From: a virus | Taxonomy: Duplodnaviria > Caudoviricetes | Reading direction: 5' to 3' (one strand) | Virus record (IMG/VR): IMGVR_UViG_3300033405_000987 | Span: 1 to 51,359 of that record | DNA length: 51,359 bases | Shown: piece by piece, positions 19,292-28,635 of the stretch | Numbering within the stretch: position 1 is the first letter of the stretch | Layout of the letters: every line of letters starts with the position of its first letter | Notes under the pieces: model-generated | What the model was told of the DNA's origin: nothing | Seen by the model: only the letters and a program-made list of their open reading frames with translations | Databases searched by the model: none | Made by a program: the position numbers and the translations under genes

Positions 19292-19948
19292 TTATCCCCC
19301 GAACCTTTGGCTATGGATGGTGAGCGTGGCTCCGGACTGCATGCCGATTGCCCTGGCCTTGGCCCTGGCCTTGCCGGTGCGAAACTTCGCCCCGTGCATC
19401 GTGGCCATTTGAGGGTTGGTCCAGTCTTTGTTGGGGATCATGAGTATCTGTTCGAGAGCACCCGAACCGATGACCGTGCGCCAGTCGTCGAAAAAGAACC
19501 CGGGCACGCTTGTGGCGGAGGCAGTCGGCTTGAGAGACACGCGCATGATCACCGAGGCCGGCACGCTCATCACCGGAGTTGGCCAGAAGGTCAGGAGCTG
19601 ATCGTCGTCGTCCAACTCGACCCAGTATGCCTGCACCTGGTTCTCACCCGTGATTTCGCCCCAGAGAGGGAAAGACCTGTCCATAAGCCGCGGTGTCATG
19701 GGGCGTAACAGCAAGCCGTTGTACCTGACGCTTTCGACACCCAGCACCCGGGTGAAGTTGTCCACCGGGATGCTGTACTGATTCATCCCGGCAAGGACGC
19801 CGAACGGATCAAGCTCTTCGGTCCATATGTTCGTGGCCGCACAAAACTCGTCCATGGCCGCCTGGATGTGGGCCTGGATGGTCAGAGTGCTGCATCCTGG
19901 GCAGGAGTGCGCCACGAACTGGACGAAGTCGTTCCAGGTGTTAGCCAC
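19292..19948 (-). CDS. head-tail adaptor / tail tubular protein
   Basis: 218 aa; PGC..EFC..T.IW, LKPT, P.KDWTNP motifs; GTG start overlapping upstream stop. Confidence 0.75.
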   Translation of the reverse strand: MANTWNDFVQFVAHSCPGCSTLTIQAHIQAAMDEFCAATNIWTEELDPFGVLAGMNQYSIPVDNFTRVLGVESVRYNGLLLRPMTPRLMDRSFPLWGEITGENQVQAYWVELDDDDQLLTFWPTPVMSVPASVIMRVSLKPTASATSVPGFFFDDWRTVIGSGALEQILMIPNKDWTNPQMATMHGAKFRTGKARAKARAIGMQSGATLTIHSQRFGG

Positions 19949-20669
19949 GGCGTGGTCCTCTCTGGAGCGTCGGCGCAGGCGACTCGGGTGTCTGTGGCTG
20001 GGCCGTGAGGTACGTCTCCTGGAGGGCAGGGTTCACCAGATCGTGAGCCGAGATGGACTGCCCCAGCTCCCCGTTGAAGAGCTGGTACTGGTGCAGGGCA
20101 GCCTGCGCACTGGATGGGTTGTCGAGCTGGAAGGACAGGCACAGGTAGAGCACGAACCGCAGAACCTGGATGATGTAGATGTCCACAAGCGAGAGGAGGT
20201 CATCCTCGGTCGCGAGGTCGAGGGGCCTCTGGGCCGAAACGTACTCAATCCACATAGGCGTTCCAGACGGTACCGGCGGATAGACGTAGAAGGCGTCCCG
20301 AACACGCTCGTCGAAGATGTAGTTCTGGATCTCACTGACACCCGCTTGCGGAGTACTCCACGTCGAGAGCTGAGAATCCATCGTCGGCCGGTCGGTCATG
20401 CTGATGGTCGGCCCGGGGGTCTGGCCATCCGAGCCCATGTTCCGGGTGATGGTTTCGAGCTGGATATCGTCCGGCTGCATCTTCTGGAGTGCGCCCGGCT
20501 GAAGCTGCATCTTCCGGTATACGGTATTAGCCTGGGGCTGCACCGTCACGGTCATGACCTGCGCCAGATTGATGTAATCGAGCAGGAGAGCGCGGCTCCA
20601 GCGAACGTTGCTCACGTCGTGGAGGATAGCCGCTACCCAGTTGATGACTTGTGTGCCGGTGTACGACAT
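19941..20669 (-). CDS. head-tail adaptor (DUF6682-like)
   Basis: L.D...VRWS...LL.Y.N, FYVYPP motifs. Confidence 0.8.
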   Translation of the reverse strand: MSYTGTQVINWVAAILHDVSNVRWSRALLLDYINLAQVMTVTVQPQANTVYRKMQLQPGALQKMQPDDIQLETITRNMGSDGQTPGPTISMTDRPTMDSQLSTWSTPQAGVSEIQNYIFDERVRDAFYVYPPVPSGTPMWIEYVSAQRPLDLATEDDLLSLVDIYIIQVLRFVLYLCLSFQLDNPSSAQAALHQYQLFNGELGQSISAHDLVNPALQETYLTAQPQTPESPAPTLQRGPRRG

Positions 20670-20672
20670 GGC

Positions 20673-21143
20673 CTACCTGGCTTCGTTGATCCGCTGGTAA
20701 GGGAAGCGCATTACCTGGCGTGTCTCCTTAGTTTCCGGGTCCAATACGTTCATGATGGCGTTGTCGATGGTGGGGAAAACCCACTCCGGCAGTTCGATCA
20801 CGACCTCGCGCGGAATCCGGAACGGATAGCCATTCACCTGTACGTCGATGATCCCCTTCCCCTGCTCCCCCTCGGTGTTGAAGAACTTGACCTTCACTCG
20901 CTTGGCGTTGGGGAAAGGATTCCGGATCTGCCTGAGATTCTCTCCCGAGCTCGTCATTCCGGAATCGTGGCGCTGTTCGTCGGGAGACGCCTCGACGTGC
21001 TGCGCCGGGGCAGCGGGTTTGGACGGGGTTCGGGAAGGTTTACGAGACGGCTTGCGACCCGACTTGGGCGGCGTCGGGAGCGCCGCGTTGCCTTCCACGA
21101 GGTTTTTGGTCTGCGGGGTCTCGGTGTCGATGACGGGTGCCAT
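20673..21143 (-). CDS. hypothetical virion-associated protein
   Basis: Start MAPVID at 21143 after AAAGGAGG; VQVNG..F.IPR...E.P...RFPY motif of post-capsid genes. Confidence 0.75.
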   Translation of the reverse strand: MAPVIDTETPQTKNLVEGNAALPTPPKSGRKPSRKPSRTPSKPAAPAQHVEASPDEQRHDSGMTSSGENLRQIRNPFPNAKRVKVKFFNTEGEQGKGIIDVQVNGYPFRIPREVVIELPEWVFPTIDNAIMNVLDPETKETRQVMRFPYQRINEAR

Positions 21144-21156
21144 TTGGTATCCTCCT

Positions 21157-21381
21157 TTAGGACGGGAAAGTTGCGGGAGGCGTCCCTGTGGCAAGTGCCA
21201 CCGGGGAAGGACCGGCCGCAGGCGGGGACGTTGCCGTCCCCGCCGAGGCCAGCGTGTGGTAATGGTTGTTGAACTGCGCCGCGTTCTCCTGGAAGACCGC
21301 GTAAAGGGCGGTTCTGATCTTGGAGTCCCCAATGGCGTTTATGGCGTCAGCCAGGGAGGTAGGGACGTTTGCGACAGGCAC
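21157..21381 (-). CDS. small virion protein
   Basis: GTG start after GAGGA; 74 aa with FNNHYH motif; fills gap after MCP. Confidence 0.65.
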   Translation of the reverse strand: MPVANVPTSLADAINAIGDSKIRTALYAVFQENAAQFNNHYHTLASAGTATSPPAAGPSPVALATGTPPATFPS

Positions 21382-21396
21382 AGTTCAGTTCCTCGT

Positions 21397-22404
21397 TTAG
21401 GCGGTGCAGCTAACTTCGACGCGACACATCCAGAGGTCGTTCAAGATCACACAGGCCTGCATGCTCTTCCACGCGACGTGGGTGCGCTGGGCCATGGGGT
21501 CGGAGTCGCTGGGCTTCTTGTTCACGACGGTCGGGGTGATGGCGTACATGCCCTTCAGCGCGGTGCAGGCGAAGGCCTGCTCTCCGAACACGTGAATGGG
21601 GTAGATGTCCGCGTAAGTGCCGGAGGTGGACAGGTTGGCCCCGGCCGCGCCACCGGCATCCGGGAAGGGGGCGCAGAGGGTCGAGGTGATGTACCGGACC
21701 TCTTCACACTTCCCGAGCTCGGAGGGGAAGGGGGAGATCTGGGGGTAGGACTCCACGGCCACGAAGCCGGGCAGGTTGCGGATGTCCATTTCCAGGTCAG
21801 GGTGAACGATGGCCACATAGGCGGCGTTCACAGGCGCGGTGGCGATGTTCGGGCCAGCGGCCAAGATCTTGGTGATCTTCTTGGCGTTCTGTCGCTTCAG
21901 GGCGCGAACCACCCGGCGCATGATGATGTTGGTCGGGTTGGTGGTGCTGGTCTCGATGGGTGTGGTCACGGCGCTGCGGGCTGTCCCGTTACCGTAATAG
22001 ACGTTGGTGCCCGCGCACAGGACGCCGTAGCGCATGATCTCCATCATCTGTCCGGCCTGCTCGCCGAGTACCTCGGTGGACTGAGCCAGGACGGGGTCCT
22101 CGTGGGTATCCTCGATCACGTCGGTGATGATGATCCGGTCGCCGTACTGTTGGAGGGTCACGGTCACGTCGGTGATGGTCAGGACGGACGCCGGGGGCGT
22201 GATACCTTCGATGAGGACCTTCACGCTGTTGTCCAGGGCGTTGTAGCGTCGGAACTTCATCACCTTGGTTTTGTTGCTCGGCAAGCTGGTGGCCTGCGCG
22301 AACTTCTCCAGGATGGTGACGGGTTCGGCGCGGGAAAGCATTTCCTTGACGGCGAAAGCGGCGGTACGCGGGGTAATATCCCCGTAGTTAGTTACCATGG
22401 GCAT
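21397..22404 (-). CDS. major capsid protein (N4-gp56 family)
   Basis: YGDITPRTA, KFRRY, EGITP, LQQYG, ELGKCEEVRY, DPMAQR..V.WK, ILND.WM.R.E. Confidence 0.95.
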   Translation of the reverse strand: MPMVTNYGDITPRTAAFAVKEMLSRAEPVTILEKFAQATSLPSNKTKVMKFRRYNALDNSVKVLIEGITPPASVLTITDVTVTLQQYGDRIIITDVIEDTHEDPVLAQSTEVLGEQAGQMMEIMRYGVLCAGTNVYYGNGTARSAVTTPIETSTTNPTNIIMRRVVRALKRQNAKKITKILAAGPNIATAPVNAAYVAIVHPDLEMDIRNLPGFVAVESYPQISPFPSELGKCEEVRYITSTLCAPFPDAGGAAGANLSTSGTYADIYPIHVFGEQAFACTALKGMYAITPTVVNKKPSDSDPMAQRTHVAWKSMQACVILNDLWMCRVEVSCTA

Positions 22405-22419
22405 GGCTTATTTCTCCGT

Positions 22420-23445
22420 TTAGCGGCGTTGCGCCGTCGCCTCGCGCCAGGCTCCTGCGAAATCGTTTTTGTCCGGCCCCGGTTTCGGGGGAGGGGCACC
22501 ACGGGAGGGTACCGCCAGGGCGGCATTAACTTTCGCGGCGGGGACGGCAGCGCGTGGAACGGCGGATGGTATTTGGGGCGTGGCGACCGGAGCGGCCGGA
22601 GCGGCACTCTTTTGCGCCATCGGCCCCAGTTTTTTGTATGCGGTCAGAACGTGGTTGACTTCTTCGGCGGTCCCACTCGTGATAATGCGGCGCACGTCCT
22701 GCGCCACGTCGTAGGGGAGCTTGCGAACCCATCCCACGAAATCCGGATGGAATCGCTGCGCACCGGTGTGCTCGGGACGCACATTCGGGTTGCCGAGAAC
22801 CTGTTTCCAGTCGGGGTGCTCTTTTTCGATGGCCTTCAAATGCACATCGGCCTTGAAGACTTCCAACTCGTGACGGACTTCCGCACGGGCCTTCTCGGTA
22901 TTGTCCTGGACCAGCTCGAACTGAGCGATAAGCGCGTCGGCGCCATGCTCCACCAGTAGCTTTTGCCAGAGCTTCCCTTTGGGGCCTTCGATGGTGGACT
23001 TGGCGATCTCCGGGTTCAGCTTTCTGAACGCTTCGATCTCTTCCGTCTCAATGTCGTCGGGAGAAAACTTGATGTTGGCCTCGGCCTGCTTGGCGCGAAG
23101 CGCCTTCAGTTCGGCCTCGACCTCTTCGCGCCGACGTTTCTCTGCTGCGTAGCGTCCGGCGTTGGCCTTGAGGTTGTAGAGCTCCTGCTGCCTCTCCCGC
23201 TCCTCGTTCTCAGCCTGGGCAGAGTGCACTGGCTGCTCCGCCGAAGGGGTCGGTTCGGGATCAGCATTGAGGGGTTCTGGGGTGGCGTCGGAGGGCGCGA
23301 CGTCAGGGGCAACGGCATTGGTGGCCGGATCATCCCCGGCGACTTGCCCGCTGTCCTCGTTGAACGCCGTCTCGAACTCGTTGATCTCTTCCTGCTCGGT
23401 GCTCACCAGCATATCCTCCGGGGCGTTTTGCGCCTTTGGTTCCAT
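22420..23445 (-). CDS. capsid scaffolding protein
   Basis: Acidic N-terminus, coiled coil, HPDW, C-terminal DFAGAW; immediately upstream of MCP. Confidence 0.8.
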   Translation of the reverse strand: MEPKAQNAPEDMLVSTEQEEINEFETAFNEDSGQVAGDDPATNAVAPDVAPSDATPEPLNADPEPTPSAEQPVHSAQAENEERERQQELYNLKANAGRYAAEKRRREEVEAELKALRAKQAEANIKFSPDDIETEEIEAFRKLNPEIAKSTIEGPKGKLWQKLLVEHGADALIAQFELVQDNTEKARAEVRHELEVFKADVHLKAIEKEHPDWKQVLGNPNVRPEHTGAQRFHPDFVGWVRKLPYDVAQDVRRIITSGTAEEVNHVLTAYKKLGPMAQKSAAPAAPVATPQIPSAVPRAAVPAAKVNAALAVPSRGAPPPKPGPDKNDFAGAWREATAQRR

Positions 23446-23490
23446 CGTTCGGCGCGCATTGCGGGCCGAACGCGGGGTGTTTGGAGGACA

Positions 23491-23521
23491 CGTAGGTCAA
23501 CGAAAAACGAAACACACTTAG
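23491..23521 (-). promoter_or_regulatory. late regulatory repeat copy 1 (probable late promoter)
   Basis: 29/31 identical to 36333-36363; minus strand CTAAGTGTGTTTCGTTTTTCGTTGACCTACG, upstream of scaffold/MCP. Confidence 0.7.
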
Positions 23522-23712
23522 CGGTAGAGGAAGAAGTGAAGGATTTTTTCGATTTTAGCGGAGAGGAAACGTGCGTGCCGCCTGGGCATGAAAGCGCACA
23601 GGCGGCAATACACGTGGAGCGCGTTGAAGTGGTGTTGCCGCGCTAGAGGAGGCACGGCGGTAAAGGATCCATCTGGATGAAATTGGCCAGGGCCTTGAGT
23701 CGGTTTATCCAT
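23518..23712 (-). CDS. small hypothetical protein (start uncertain)
   Basis: QHHFNALHVYCRL motif, fills lysin-scaffold gap; 5' part overlaps lysin in another frame. Confidence 0.4.
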   Translation of the reverse strand: MDKPTQGPGQFHPDGSFTAVPPLARQHHFNALHVYCRLCAFMPRRHARFLSAKIEKILHFFLYR

Positions 23713-24287
23713 CCTGGAAGGTCAGCCGCGTCCGTGGGGCTGACGGCTACCAGGGACTTGTAAAATCCCAGACGCAAGGTGAAGAGGTCATCCAGGAAGT
23801 TCTCCGAGTCGTGGATGTACATCTGGCCGGCCGCGGCGATGTCCCCAGCGCACAGATGTCCGTTTATCGAGGTTTTCACGGCCTGCTGGAGCAGCTTGAT
23901 GGCGCGGCCGGGGCCGGAGTTCACGGACATGTCGTAGATGATCATGTCCACCTCGTCGGGCAGCGCATCTCCCTCGATGGGGGTCCAGTAGTTGTCGAAG
24001 AAGTACTGCTCGGCTTCCTGTTGCAATGTGGTCTCGGAATTCATCTTGTCCAGGACGAGCTGCCAGGTCTGATCGACAGCCCTGCCGCCATTGGTCGGAA
24101 TGGGCTTCCCTCCGGTGTACTGATCGACGGTGGCCCAGCCTTCCCATTCTGGATTGGCGACTCGGGAGATACCGAAGATGGTCTCGCCGCCTCTATCCGC
24201 GGCTGGATTGTAGGAATAGCCACCCTCGGCCTGCTTGCGAAAGTCGTCTGCAGCCTCGAATTTCGGAGTAGGATTGGTCATGATCAT
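23643..24287 (-). CDS. endolysin, glycoside hydrolase family 108
   Basis: EGGY..NP..D.GGET.FGIS, D..VN.G...A.K.LQ, GW.NR. Confidence 0.92.
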   Translation of the reverse strand: MIMTNPTPKFEAADDFRKQAEGGYSYNPAADRGGETIFGISRVANPEWEGWATVDQYTGGKPIPTNGGRAVDQTWQLVLDKMNSETTLQQEAEQYFFDNYWTPIEGDALPDEVDMIIYDMSVNSGPGRAIKLLQQAVKTSINGHLCAGDIAAAGQMYIHDSENFLDDLFTLRLGFYKSLVAVSPTDAADLPGWINRLKALANFIQMDPLPPCLL

Positions 24288-24532
24288 TTTCCTGCCTTCA
24301 GCTTAAAGTATTCCCATACGGCAGACCCCAGCCAGATAGCAGTACCTCCAGCCAGAAGCTTTACAACTGCGCCTACCGCTTGAGTGCGGACGGAAAAGGC
24401 CCCCCGAAGAGCGGCGTGGTGGTCCCGGTGTTCGTTGGGCGTTAGCTCACAGGTATTGCAGCATTGACCGCACGAGCCACCATGCTCTTTTAACACTTCG
24501 TGAAACACTTCCTTGATCTCTTCGCGCGTCAT
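24284..24532 (-). CDS. small membrane protein (holin/antiholin-like)
   Basis: Start MTREEIK at 24532 after AAGGA; one C-terminal TM segment; ATGA overlap with lysin. Confidence 0.6.
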   Translation of the reverse strand: MTREEIKEVFHEVLKEHGGSCGQCCNTCELTPNEHRDHHAALRGAFSVRTQAVGAVVKLLAGGTAIWLGSAVWEYFKLKAGK

Positions 24533-24552
24533 ACTGCGTTCCTTTTTACAGC

Positions 24553-25104
24553 TTACTTGAAGGGTCCAACAAGTTCGATCATGCTGCCCGGCCACCAGAC
24601 CGGCACATCACCAGGGCGCGGGGCTAGAGTGCTCTGGTTCTGCGGCAAACGCAGGATGCCCGCATGCTCGGCAGCGAGACCCCACGCCTCGGAGCAGAAC
24701 TCCTGGCCTATGGATTCCTGAACATGCCCGGCGGCATTCTCAAGGAGTTGGTTGTAGGCGTAGGGCGTCCCAAGGAGCATCCGGTTGACCAACCAGGACA
24801 CGAAGGCCTGCTGCTTGGCCGGCGTCAGGTCGTCTGGAGTGAAGAGGAAGAAGCGCCCGGGGCCTTGGCAGTCGGTCGCCACAAGCCTGGGGGTGAGGCC
24901 ACCAGCCAGGGCTTCGATAGTGGTGGGCTCGGTGCTCCCGATGCGGATGTCTGGCCCCACGATGCAGGCACAGTGGGACAGTCCGCCCCAGTTCTCGATG
25001 GCCTCCTCCAGCAGTGAGACGCCCTGGAAGAGCAACGCGCAGCCGGGCAGGCAGCGTTCACGGCCGCCTTGGAGATACGGAATCTTGGCAGGGGTGATGG
25101 CCAT
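24553..25104 (-). CDS. permuted papain-like NlpC/P60 enzyme (YiiX-like)
   Basis: SHCACI...IEAL...PY.Y...FCSE (His before Cys). Confidence 0.8.
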   Translation of the reverse strand: MAITPAKIPYLQGGRERCLPGCALLFQGVSLLEEAIENWGGLSHCACIVGPDIRIGSTEPTTIEALAGGLTPRLVATDCQGPGRFFLFTPDDLTPAKQQAFVSWLVNRMLLGTPYAYNQLLENAAGHVQESIGQEFCSEAWGLAAEHAGILRLPQNQSTLAPRPGDVPVWWPGSMIELVGPFK

Positions 25105-25112
25105 GGGAACTC

Positions 25113-25814
25113 CTACGGCTGCGTCGGCCAGCCGGCCGTGAGGTTGGTGGCCAGGACGACGTTCGGGTCCGTCTCTGCCAGGACAGCTTGGGACATCGCC
25201 GTGGCCGCGCCGAATACGGCGTCGGTCCAGTTGAAGATGGCCGTGGTGAGGGCCTTGAAAGCGTTTGACGCCATGGGAATCGGGACCCCGCTGGCGTTGG
25301 TCAAAGAGAAAGTCGCGGGGAGGGGCATGCCCGTGCCCAGCTTGGACTCTATGCCGGTCATAAGAACGCGGTGCGCTTGGTCCACCGGCCAGATGTTCCC
25401 GGCTGCGTCCGTGTAGGTGCCGTAGACCAGAGTGTTGGCCTGGGCTTGGATGGCGGCAACTACCTGGGCCTGGGCCTGGCCCAGAGGGAGCGTCGGGGCC
25501 ACGAGCGCGGGACCGTATACCGGGCTCACGGTGACGCCGCCTGCGGCCACGGTCGTGGTGTGGCTCATGACCACCTGCCCTGCCGGAGGGCTATCCGGCA
25601 CAACAGTGACCGGCAGGATCGCGTAGCCATCCGCCAGGACGATCTGGTTGCCGGGTTCCAGGACCGGAAGGGGCTGGAGCCCGCTGCCATCCGGGGCGTA
25701 GAGCACGCCCGGGGCCTCAGAAAATCCCGCTATGTAGAGCGCCTGCCGGATGGACGAGTCGCCCCAGGAGATGGGACCAAGGATGATGGCGTTGTTCAGA
25801 ATGAGGCAGATCAT
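25113..25814 (-). CDS. tail fibre-associated protein (DUF4376-like chaperone)
   Basis: Follows fibre gene; C-terminal helical domain ending GWP. Confidence 0.6.
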   Translation of the reverse strand: MICLILNNAIILGPISWGDSSIRQALYIAGFSEAPGVLYAPDGSGLQPLPVLEPGNQIVLADGYAILPVTVVPDSPPAGQVVMSHTTTVAAGGVTVSPVYGPALVAPTLPLGQAQAQVVAAIQAQANTLVYGTYTDAAGNIWPVDQAHRVLMTGIESKLGTGMPLPATFSLTNASGVPIPMASNAFKALTTAIFNWTDAVFGAATAMSQAVLAETDPNVVLATNLTAGWPTQP

Positions 25815-25817
25815 AAC

Positions 25818-26582
25818 TTATACTCCCATCTGAAGTTCAACGACGCCCCACGGAGTATACGTACCTCCAGCTGGCAGCGGGTTTGCATTTGCCAACAGCC
25901 GCCAATACACATGGGATGCGGCGGGGGCACCGCAATATGCAAAGTGCGGGACTTCTGAACGGAGATTGTTAACTGTGGCCTGGGTTGTCCATGAAGAGCC
26001 GTTGTCGGAGTATTGCCAAAGAACAGAGGATATGTATGCAGGCCCCCACATGCTGCTAGTGCCTACGCCGTACTGTCCATTTGGCTGGACCAGTCTGAAC
26101 CAAGCCGGGGAAACTCCGCTGGAGAACTGGTACCCGACGTAAGAGTTTCCGCTTATCGCTGTGTCGTTTTGAGTCGAGAACCAAAGACAGTAGGTCCCTT
26201 GCGCGGCTAGAACACCATCGAATACGGCTGCAAGGCTACCTCCTCCCTGTCCACTGGAGATCGGTGTACCTCCAGAGCATATTGTTGCCGGGTTATAACT
26301 CAGGGGTGCGCGTCCAACTGCACTCATTCCAGAGAAGCACACGCTGTTTGAAAGCAGGACTATTGAGTTACCCCCGGTGTAGACAACACCGAGAGAAGAG
26401 GCCCACCCTCCTCCGGGAACATAGACCACTGTTCCATAAATATAGTCGTTCGTGGCGTTTCGTCCTGCCACCTGAAGAGTGTTTGGCGAGACGAATGAGA
26501 CGGCGTTCGCCTCCCAACTCAGCCCAGGTGCAGCCTGGCCTCCACCGCTCACTAGCCCGAGTGTTCTGCGTCCTACGTTCAT
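25818..26582 (-). CDS. putative receptor-binding protein with discoidin/F5-8-like C-terminal domain
   Basis: A.FDG...W...GY.F...QYSDNGSSWT...YWRL...ELQ; lower GC than flanks. Confidence 0.7.
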   Translation of the reverse strand: MNVGRRTLGLVSGGGQAAPGLSWEANAVSFVSPNTLQVAGRNATNDYIYGTVVYVPGGGWASSLGVVYTGGNSIVLLSNSVCFSGMSAVGRAPLSYNPATICSGGTPISSGQGGGSLAAVFDGVLAAQGTYCLWFSTQNDTAISGNSYVGYQFSSGVSPAWFRLVQPNGQYGVGTSSMWGPAYISSVLWQYSDNGSSWTTQATVNNLRSEVPHFAYCGAPAASHVYWRLLANANPLPAGGTYTPWGVVELQMGV

Positions 26583-26583
26583 A

Positions 26584-27309
26584 TCAGCTTAACCTGTTGA
26601 TCCAGCCGCGTGCGTTGAGGACGTTGGCGGTCGCCGCAAAGGCCGATACGGCCAGCCCGTTGTTCAGGGACTCGCCGTTCAGGCCCACGGTCCAGCCGGT
26701 CTGGGGCGGGATGTTAACCATCATCTGGCAGGCGCTGGATGTGCCCCCGATGCACAGGGTGGCGAGGACGGTCGCCAGGCTGGTGTTCGTGAGGTTAACG
26801 TAGACCTCGTCTATCTGGGCGGTTCCGCTCACGGCGTTATGCAGGAGGGTGGCCGCTCCCGCGCTGGTACCGATGATCTTGATGTTCTGGTTGTAGGCGT
26901 TGGCGGCAGAGAGCTTCTGCTTCCGAGGGTCCACTATCCGGTTCACGAAGCCCCGGATGTTCAGATAGTTCTGATCGCCCAAAGTGGGGACGCCGAAGGC
27001 CAATCCGGTTCCGGTCAGCATGATGTCGCCGCCGAGAATCTTCATCCAGCCCTGTTGAGGTGCGATTGTCTGGTAGAAAAGATCGTTGGGGGCAACGATG
27101 CTTCCCTGGTGGAAACTGCCCACGAGCTGGTGGCTATTCGCCGGGTCAATATTACACACCTCAACGAACACCTCGTCAGTCCCGCCTCCGGTATGGAAGT
27201 CCTGCATGTTCGCACCAATGACGAACGCGGTGTTCCCCCCGGTATTGTACGCGGGGGTCATCCCGGCGTTGCCCTGGGGGCACGCGCTGAGTGGCTCTCT
27301 GGTGGGCAT
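26584..27309 (-). CDS. virion structural protein with tandem duplicated beta domain
   Basis: Two copies of DEV.V...N.......I.PQ.GW...N.RG..NR. Confidence 0.7.
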   Translation of the reverse strand: MPTREPLSACPQGNAGMTPAYNTGGNTAFVIGANMQDFHTGGGTDEVFVEVCNIDPANSHQLVGSFHQGSIVAPNDLFYQTIAPQQGWMKILGGDIMLTGTGLAFGVPTLGDQNYLNIRGFVNRIVDPRKQKLSAANAYNQNIKIIGTSAGAATLLHNAVSGTAQIDEVYVNLTNTSLATVLATLCIGGTSSACQMMVNIPPQTGWTVGLNGESLNNGLAVSAFAATANVLNARGWINRLS

Positions 27310-27312
27310 GGG

Positions 27313-27933
27313 CTAGCTCCAGACCTGGGCGTTGATGGCTGAGTCCTGGTAGGCGGCGGCACCAGCCAACACGTCATTTTGCTGCCCCGAGAGCGGGCTG
27401 GGTGTGCTGCCACCGACGCCAGCCGAGCCAGCGGTCGCGCCGGACATGGGGACGGTCATGGTGGGGAGTTGGCTGGACGGGACTGTGCCGTTGACCAGGG
27501 TAGGCACGCTGGCACCAAGGGCGGACACGGGGACGGCCCCCACGTCGGAGGCCTCGAGGACAGGATTACTGAGTACCTCGTAGCCGTTGACCGTGGCGTT
27601 GTTCGGAAGAGCGCCCACATCGGAGGGCACCAGGGAAATGTTGCCGGTCAACTCATGACCGTTGATGATCAGCGTCGCGGGAACCACGCCGGCCACGTCG
27701 GAGGCCTGGATGGCCAGAAGGGCTTTGATCTGGGCGGCCGTAAGCCCGGTGGGCTCGGCGGTGCTTCCGGTGTTGTTGCCCAGAATTGTCATGGGCGAGA
27801 TGGAGGTCGGCAGCGTCGGTGGCGAGGAGAGCACCACCTCAACCCACGCCCCGTTCTCACCCTGGTAGGTGATCCCGGTGGTCGGGTCCACATAGACGGC
27901 CCCGTTGATGACTGGCGTGTTGGCTACGGACAT
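27313..27933 (-). CDS. tail fibre shaft-like protein
   Basis: Repeated (I/V)NG...L..SDVGA units and NG.VPSSQLP. Confidence 0.7.
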   Translation of the reverse strand: MSVANTPVINGAVYVDPTTGITYQGENGAWVEVVLSSPPTLPTSISPMTILGNNTGSTAEPTGLTAAQIKALLAIQASDVAGVVPATLIINGHELTGNISLVPSDVGALPNNATVNGYEVLSNPVLEASDVGAVPVSALGASVPTLVNGTVPSSQLPTMTVPMSGATAGSAGVGGSTPSPLSGQQNDVLAGAAAYQDSAINAQVWS

Positions 27934-27945
27934 GTGTGCTCCCGG

Positions 27946-27975
27946 AAAAGCCCCGGGCCTTTTACGGCCCGGGGC
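27946..27975 (-). terminator. intrinsic terminator
   Basis: GCCCCGGGCC-6nt-GGCCCGGGGC, followed by TTTT on minus strand. Confidence 0.75.
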
Positions 27976-27997
27976 GTGTTCATCGTTTCAGCGCGGC

Positions 27998-28621
27998 TTA
28001 GACCGGGGTTTCTTCCCAGAACATGGTCGCGGTCAGCGCGGCGGCAGCGGAGGCCGCGCCCAGGGCACACAGGGCGATCGCCGTCGCCGGGGGCACGATG
28101 ATCGATCCCTCGAAGTCCATCACGCACTGATCGACACCCACAGTCTGGATGGAGGCCGTGTTGTGCAGGAGCTGGGCAAACACGGTCTGGGCGAAGGTGG
28201 TAGCCACGGTGAACGGCTGCACCAGGCCGGCGGCCGCACCCAGGAAGTTGTTGCCACTGGAAGTCGGTCCGGTCGTGGTGGTCGGCACTGTGGTCTGACT
28301 GCCCGCGACGGTGGAGCACAGACCGATTCCAGTCAGGGACGCCGACGCCACGGAGATCATAGCCATGACCTTCTGCAAGGTCAGGTTGATGCCGCTGTTC
28401 GCCGGGTTGAACAGGATCAGGCCGGTCATGGCGGTCCCGGCCAGGGACAGAGTCTGGCCCTGGGCGAAGGCACGCATGAGGTTCTTGCGGTAGGTCTGCT
28501 CGTAATACCTGCCGTGCAGTTCCTGCACGATCAGTTCGCCGAGCGGGCCCGAGCGAAGAGTCGGAGTGGTACCGGTTCCGTTGGGAGCGGCCGGAGGCCC
28601 TTGTGCGGTCTGGACAAGCAT
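27998..28621 (-). CDS. virion structural protein
   Basis: 207 aa; HGRYYE, L.NP.NSG.N, G.IIVPP, WEE.P motifs; RBS AGGAG. Confidence 0.75.
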   Translation of the reverse strand: MLVQTAQGPPAAPNGTGTTPTLRSGPLGELIVQELHGRYYEQTYRKNLMRAFAQGQTLSLAGTAMTGLILFNPANSGINLTLQKVMAMISVASASLTGIGLCSTVAGSQTTVPTTTTGPTSSGNNFLGAAAGLVQPFTVATTFAQTVFAQLLHNTASIQTVGVDQCVMDFEGSIIVPPATAIALCALGAASAAAALTATMFWEETPV

Positions 28622-28635
28622 GGGGATTCTCCTTG

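Noticed and set aside
20848-22959. Long plus-strand ORFs opposite late genes (703 aa here; also 15191-16870, 19827-21272, 8425-9759, 4525-5793, 32408-33661)
   Set aside because: Antisense shadows of high-GC coding sequence with no motifs; the minus-strand genes are clearly real.
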